Source of the DNA: Candidatus Dojkabacteria bacterium
GTDB taxonomy: Bacteria; Patescibacteriota; Dojkabacteria; J137
Assembly: GCA_030950485.1 (NCBI GenBank)
Contig: JAUZRK010000005.1
Location: forward strand, 4,449 to 68,448
Direction: 5' to 3'
Length of the DNA stretch: 64,000 nucleotides
Shown here piece after piece: positions 59,471-64,000 of this stretch. The position numbers and the translations under genes were made by a program. The stretch's first letter is position 1. Each line of letters starts with the position of its first letter. The notes under the pieces were generated by a model, which did no database searches, was not told the DNA's origin, and saw only the letters and a program-made list of their open reading frames with translations.

Positions 59471-59924
59471 ATTCTACTGTTGCACAGGCTGTATAATCAC
59501 CTTCATTTTCCCAAGTACCTCCAGAACCTTCGAGTTGATACCCGAAAGTAAATTCAGAACCACTTGTGTTCACATCATAACAATATGCTGTTGAGTCAGT
59601 GTCAGAAGCTTCGTTAGCAGCTCCAACAGCACCATCTAAAGGAACTGATTCTGATGCTCCTCCTGGATAATTAACTGTAACCTCATCTGCAAGTATTTGT
59701 ACTTGAGCATTTGTTGGGTATTGACCATTAGCAGCACTAAACTCTTCCATGATTAATGCAAAAGCTTCTCCAGTTTTTCGCCTTTGAGTATCTCTAGCAT
59801 TTCTTTGTAACAATTGAATACCAAAAACAGACATTCCGATTAGTAGGGCAACAATTCCCATACCAACCATTAACTCGATAAGTGTGAAAGCACTCTTATC
59901 TTTTTTTACATTGTGTGCACTCAT
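59457..59924 (-). CDS. pilA: Type IV pilin, candidate major subunit
   Basis: 'KSAFTLIELMVGMGIVALLIGMSVFGI'. Immediately downstream of pilC, the usual position for the major pilin. Confidence 0.6.
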   Translation of the reverse strand: MSAHNVKKDKSAFTLIELMVGMGIVALLIGMSVFGIQLLQRNARDTQRRKTGEAFALIMEEFSAANGQYPTNAQVQILADEVTVNYPGGASESVPLDGAVGAANEASDTDSTAYCYDVNTSGSEFTFGYQLEGSGGTWENEGDYTACATVEYDGT

Positions 59925-59952
59925 TTGTAAAAATATAAAAATAAAATTTGTC

Positions 59953-61179
59953 TTAGAAAATGTTAGCTACATTGTATATTGGTAGATATATTGCTACCGC
60001 CATAAATGCTACTAATCCGCCAACTATTAACAGAATAATTGGCTCTAATAGCTTTGTCAAGTTACCTGTAATTTGTTCAACTTCTGCTTCATAATATTTA
60101 GCCATATCATCCATTACAACATCCATTTTTCCTGATTCTTCACCAGTTGCTATCATCTTGATTAAAATCAATGGAAAGGCTGCCTTATCATTATTTTTAG
60201 CCAATGCTAATGATAAACTTGCTCCTTTAGTAATATCATTTCTAGAATTTGAAACTATCTCACTAAAAAGTTTATTTGATAATGCTCTTGAGACAATTTC
60301 TAATGCCTCTACAATAGGGATACCACTTTTAATTAACATAGATAAAAGTCTACAAAACTCAGTTAGTTGAATTTTCATAGAAAGATTACCAAAAATTGGA
60401 ATTTTCAATTTTATTCTTGCAACAACAATTTTATTTTCCTTTTTTTGAGTAAAAGATTTATATAAAAATACTATAGCTGCAATACTTCCAATTAAGATAA
60501 ATAGAGTCGAGGGTTTACCTATAGTTTCACCTAAAACTACTAAGAAGTTAGTAACTCCTGGTAGCTCTGTTTCACCTAAACTCAAATAAAGTTCTTTAAC
60601 CTGAGGAATCATAAATAAAATCATTACGGCGACAACTGCAATAAGAACAAAGAATATAATTATTGGATAAATCATAGCTCCGACAATTTTTCCTTTTAAG
60701 TTCTTTCCCTTCTCCATATCTTCAGCAACCTTGATAAGCATTTCGTTTAAGTTACCACTTTTCTCACCAGCTGCAATAAGATTGATTTGAACATCAGAGA
60801 AAAACCCTCCTACTTTTTGAAATGCTTTTGATAGGGGAGAGCCAGATTCAATAATTCTATATATCTCTTCAAATTTTTTTCTAACACTTTCTTTTTCTGC
60901 CTGCTGCTTTAAAATTTCTATAGCTTGGATTATCGGAATTCCAGCTGATATCATTGTAGATAGCTGCTTAGAGATCAAGACACGCTCTGACAGTGGCATA
61001 CCTCCAATTTCAATATTTAATAAATTCTTTAGCCCAACTGCAAGATCCTCTTTTATCGTAATAATGGTCATATTCTGTCTAGTGAGATATTCCACGATTT
61101 CATCTCTAGTTGCTGCTTCACGTTTTCCTTCAATTTTATTTCCTGATGAGCTAACTGCGATATAACTATATGCTGCCAT
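59953..61179 (-). CDS. pilC: Type IV pilus platform protein PilC (GspF family)
   Basis: Two GspF repeats with about 3 TM segments; 'GEKSGNL' and 'GEESGKM' motifs. Confidence 0.85.
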   Translation of the reverse strand: MAAYSYIAVSSSGNKIEGKREAATRDEIVEYLTRQNMTIITIKEDLAVGLKNLLNIEIGGMPLSERVLISKQLSTMISAGIPIIQAIEILKQQAEKESVRKKFEEIYRIIESGSPLSKAFQKVGGFFSDVQINLIAAGEKSGNLNEMLIKVAEDMEKGKNLKGKIVGAMIYPIIIFFVLIAVVAVMILFMIPQVKELYLSLGETELPGVTNFLVVLGETIGKPSTLFILIGSIAAIVFLYKSFTQKKENKIVVARIKLKIPIFGNLSMKIQLTEFCRLLSMLIKSGIPIVEALEIVSRALSNKLFSEIVSNSRNDITKGASLSLALAKNNDKAAFPLILIKMIATGEESGKMDVVMDDMAKYYEAEVEQITGNLTKLLEPIILLIVGGLVAFMAVAIYLPIYNVANIF

Positions 61180-61184
61180 TGATT

Positions 61185-62507
61185 TTATTTCTTCAAATAT
61201 AAATCTAATTCGCTTGGTTTAGTAGTTGTTGCTTTCGCTACTTCTGATGTAATTTGTCCACTCTTGACTAATTGAGCAAGTGTTTTTTCCATAGAAATCA
61301 TTCCAGCTTCTTGTCCAGTTTGGATCATATTATCTATTTGATATGTTTTCCCTTCTCGAATTGCATTTTTTATAGCTGAATTTCCAATCATGAATTCGAT
61401 TACAGCTTTTCTACCACCAGAATTTAAAGGAACTAATCTCTGGGCTATTACTGCAACTATTACGTTTGCAAGCTGCGCTCGTACTTGAGATTGTTGTTCT
61501 TCTGGAAAAACATCAATTATTCTATCTATAGACTGAGAAGCAGAATTAGTATGCAATGTTGCAAATACTAAATGCCCTGTTTCTGCAACAGTTATTGTTG
61601 ACGAAATAGTAGGTAAATCTCTCATTTCTCCTACCAATACAACATCAGGATCTTGTCTTAATAATGATTTCAAAGCTCCAGTCCAATCATCAAAATCGTT
61701 ACCTAATTCCCTTTGATCAACTAAAGACATAGCTCTAGGAAATATGAATTCTATTGGATCTTCAAGTGTTATTAAGTGATGAGCCTTTGTTGAATTAATA
61801 TGATTAAAAATTGAAGCAATTGTTGTTGTCTTTCCACTACCAGTTGGACCTGTTACTAAAACCAACCCGTTTGCAATATCACCCAATGTTTTAAATACAG
61901 GTGGTAAACCTAATTCATCAACTGTTAAAATTTTCTCCGGAATTAATCTTGCAACTATAGAGAATGATCCCATAGTTTTATATATATTTACTCTAAATCT
62001 TCGTTTTCCAAAATCATATCCCAAATCTAATTGCTTTATATTTTCTATAACAACATCATTTCTATCTTTTAATAACTTTTTAACATAGCTGAGTAATAGT
62101 TCAGCAGTAAGTATTCCAGAACTAACAGTTTTTAATGAACCATCAACTCTAATTATAGCCCTGTAACCTTCGCCAAGATGAATGTCAGATGCTTTATATT
62201 TAATTGCTTGAGAAAAAAGATCTTGGATTGTGTATTGTTGCATATTTAGATCAACCTGAACATTTGAATTCTGCTGTGTTGAATTTGAACTAGGATATAC
62301 AGGTTTGTTTTCACTAATTCCTTGTAACTTTTCAGGTAGCTTTTCTGAAATGTCTTGCTGTGGAACACCAGCATTTTGATTTTGTTGATTATTTGTATTT
62401 TGTTCCATAGTGTTTTCAGACTGATTAGGGTTATTATCTATTGTGACATCTTTATCTTGTCTATTAAAGTCAGTTTTATTTTTTTCTTCTAGATCGATTA
62501 GTGGCAT
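61185..62507 (-). CDS. pilT: Twitching-motility ATPase PilT with about 90-aa N/Q-rich N-terminal extension (or mis-called start)
   Basis: 'ASDIHL…', Walker A 'VLVTGPTGSGKTTT', 'VLVGEMRD', 'TGHLVFATLHTNSA'. An internal Met (MQQYTIQDLF) gives a canonical-length PilT. Confidence 0.85.
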   Translation of the reverse strand: MPLIDLEEKNKTDFNRQDKDVTIDNNPNQSENTMEQNTNNQQNQNAGVPQQDISEKLPEKLQGISENKPVYPSSNSTQQNSNVQVDLNMQQYTIQDLFSQAIKYKASDIHLGEGYRAIIRVDGSLKTVSSGILTAELLLSYVKKLLKDRNDVVIENIKQLDLGYDFGKRRFRVNIYKTMGSFSIVARLIPEKILTVDELGLPPVFKTLGDIANGLVLVTGPTGSGKTTTIASIFNHINSTKAHHLITLEDPIEFIFPRAMSLVDQRELGNDFDDWTGALKSLLRQDPDVVLVGEMRDLPTISSTITVAETGHLVFATLHTNSASQSIDRIIDVFPEEQQSQVRAQLANVIVAVIAQRLVPLNSGGRKAVIEFMIGNSAIKNAIREGKTYQIDNMIQTGQEAGMISMEKTLAQLVKSGQITSEVAKATTTKPSELDLYLKK

Positions 62508-62529
62508 ATCTCTAAATTATTAATTTAAA

Positions 62530-63972
62530 TTATTCATTTCTTACTCTCATAACTTCTTCAAGAGTAGTAATACCTTCTAGTACTTTTATAAATCCATCTT
62601 GAATCATAGTCATCATTCCTTCACTAATGGCTTTTTCATTTATGCTAGAAATTGAGGCTTTTTCTAAAATTAACTTAGAGATACCTTCACTTATAACTAA
62701 ACATTCAAATATACCTGAACGACTGGCATAACCAGTTTGATTGCATTGTGGGCAACCGACTGCTTTATGTAAAGTTGCGTTTTTAGTATTTTTATCAAAA
62801 TGTATTCTTAATTTCTTCTCATCATCGTAAATATTGATTCCGTTTAATGGATCAAGTTCTTTATGAATTGTCTCTATAACCTCAGGACTTGCCTCATAAG
62901 GTTGTTTACACTCTTTACATAAAACTCTTACAAGTCTTTGTGCTTCTACAATATTGACTGTTGAAGATAGTAGAAACGGCTCTATCCCCATGTCTATTAA
63001 CCTTACGAATGCTCCTGCTGCGGAGTTTGTGTGAAGAGTTGCCATAACTAATCTACCAACAAGTGCTGCTTGAACAGCTAGTGCTGCAGTCTCTGAATCT
63101 CTAATTTCTCCAACCATGATTACATCAGGGTCCTGTCTTAAAATAGATCTTAGCCCACTCGCAAAAGTTAATCCTACTTCTGCATTTACCTGTACTTGAT
63201 TAATACCATCAATCTTAATCTCTACTGGGTCTTCAAGAGTAATTATATTTACTTTAGATGTATTTAGAATTTTCAAACTCGATGCTAAAGTCTGAGTTTT
63301 ACCACTTCCAGTAGGTCCAGTTACTAAGATAATTCCTTGAGTTTTAGAAAGAGCATCTCTTAGTCTTTTATAAGACTGGCCTCTAATACCTGTTTTTTCT
63401 AAATCAAGTATTCCTTTACTTGTTGCTTGTAACCTTAATACTATTTTTTCACCATGAATACTTGGCATAATCGATACACGAATATCTGTATATGAATTAT
63501 CTGCATTCTTAACCTGGAATCTATTATCTTGAGGTATTCTATGTTCATCAATTTTAAGATTAGATAGAATTTTAATTCTTGTTACAAGTGGAGCTAATAG
63601 TTTTCTTGGAATTGTAAGTTTCTCATGAAGAATTCCTCTTACCCTAAATCTAACTGTAATATTTGCTCTTCTAGGTTCGATATGAATGTCTGATGCATCA
63701 TTCTTTATACCGTAATCTAAAATCATGTTTACGATTTTTATAATTGGAGCAGTTCCTACATCTTCATCTTCTAGGTTACCTGAATCTGATTTTGATAAAT
63801 CCAATTTCCCAACTTCCACCAATGCTTCATCTACTTCAGTATCAATCTCTGCTCCATATTTAGTTTCAATTGCAGCATTAAGTTGATCTCTCGCAGCATA
63901 AAATGGTTCAATCCTTTTTTTAGTATATGATTCTAGATATTTTATTTTCTGAAGATCTAAAGGATCAAGCAT
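62530..63972 (-). CDS. pilB: Type IV pilus assembly ATPase PilB (GspE family); 5' end probably outside the window
   Basis: Walker A 'ILVTGPTGSGKTQT', 'VGEIRD', tetracysteine-like 'CKECKQ…CPQCNQTG'. The frame is still open at the window edge (…ETKHKVKVAMLD…). Confidence 0.85.
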   Translation of the reverse strand: MLDPLDLQKIKYLESYTKKRIEPFYAARDQLNAAIETKYGAEIDTEVDEALVEVGKLDLSKSDSGNLEDEDVGTAPIIKIVNMILDYGIKNDASDIHIEPRRANITVRFRVRGILHEKLTIPRKLLAPLVTRIKILSNLKIDEHRIPQDNRFQVKNADNSYTDIRVSIMPSIHGEKIVLRLQATSKGILDLEKTGIRGQSYKRLRDALSKTQGIILVTGPTGSGKTQTLASSLKILNTSKVNIITLEDPVEIKIDGINQVQVNAEVGLTFASGLRSILRQDPDVIMVGEIRDSETAALAVQAALVGRLVMATLHTNSAAGAFVRLIDMGIEPFLLSSTVNIVEAQRLVRVLCKECKQPYEASPEVIETIHKELDPLNGINIYDDEKKLRIHFDKNTKNATLHKAVGCPQCNQTGYASRSGIFECLVISEGISKLILEKASISSINEKAISEGMMTMIQDGFIKVLEGITTLEEVMRVRNE

Positions 63973-64000
63973 AGCAACTTTAACCTTATGCTTTGTTTCT

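Noticed and set aside
1-64000. CRISPR array, reverse transcriptase / DGR or retron
   Set aside because: I found no array of short regularly spaced direct repeats and no protein with RT motifs (no YxDD). The only repeats are the tRNA/GIY-YIG duplication and the short purine-rich elements.

Overview
The window is AT-rich and uses the standard genetic code: the ORFs are long and gap-free, and TGA is seen as a stop codon in at least three genes. It looks like a reduced-genome bacterium. The combination of a type IV pilus locus, little regulation and many decaying genes suggests a CPR/Patescibacteria-like episymbiont. That taxonomic placement is inference, not read from the sequence.

Content in order:
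- A fasciclin-repeat protein and two ECF sigma / anti-sigma pairs.
- A three-gene ABC-2 exporter.
- SpoU-family RNA methyltransferases.
- Two very large hypothetical proteins (1073 and 594 aa) next to a frameshifted MFS transporter.
- A Dda/RecD-like SF1B helicase.
- A cyclophilin and rlmN.
- A degraded, tRNA-associated stretch: pseudogene fragments, a GNAT remnant, and a tRNA-Val gene followed by a small GIY-YIG nuclease gene. About 206 bp of this unit, including the tRNA 3' half, is directly repeated, producing a crippled tRNA copy. tRNA-Phe lies nearby.
- murA, mutL, a DUF192 protein, clpP and tRNA-Val(GAC).
- A thrS-slot gene whose editing and anticodon-binding domains are intact but whose class-II catalytic motifs and zinc ligands are lost. 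It is followed by infC (non-AUG start), rpmI, rplT and a terminator.
- A class A PBP, rsmD, a small SpoU-family methylase and recG.
- A glycosylation module: two GT-C enzymes with DE motifs, an ArnC-like GT2, a GT4 and a flippase-like protein.
- tRNA-Ser, a likely bL32, nusB, rnc and rpsP.
- A complete type IV pilus locus, pilB (5' partial)-pilT-pilC-pilA-minor pilins-pilD-minor pilins-pilM-pilN-pilO, running to the window end.

Most worth a second look:
- The catalytically degenerate ThrRS paralog sitting in the canonical thrS operon position.
- The tRNA-Val / GIY-YIG duplication.
- The density of decaying genes: the MFS transporter, a PfkB kinase with an in-frame TGA, a TA-repeat frameshift at the 5' end of a 440-codon ORF, the GNAT remnant and a multi-frameshift relic.
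- The pair of huge uncharacterised proteins.

No CRISPR array, reverse transcriptase or rRNA was seen.
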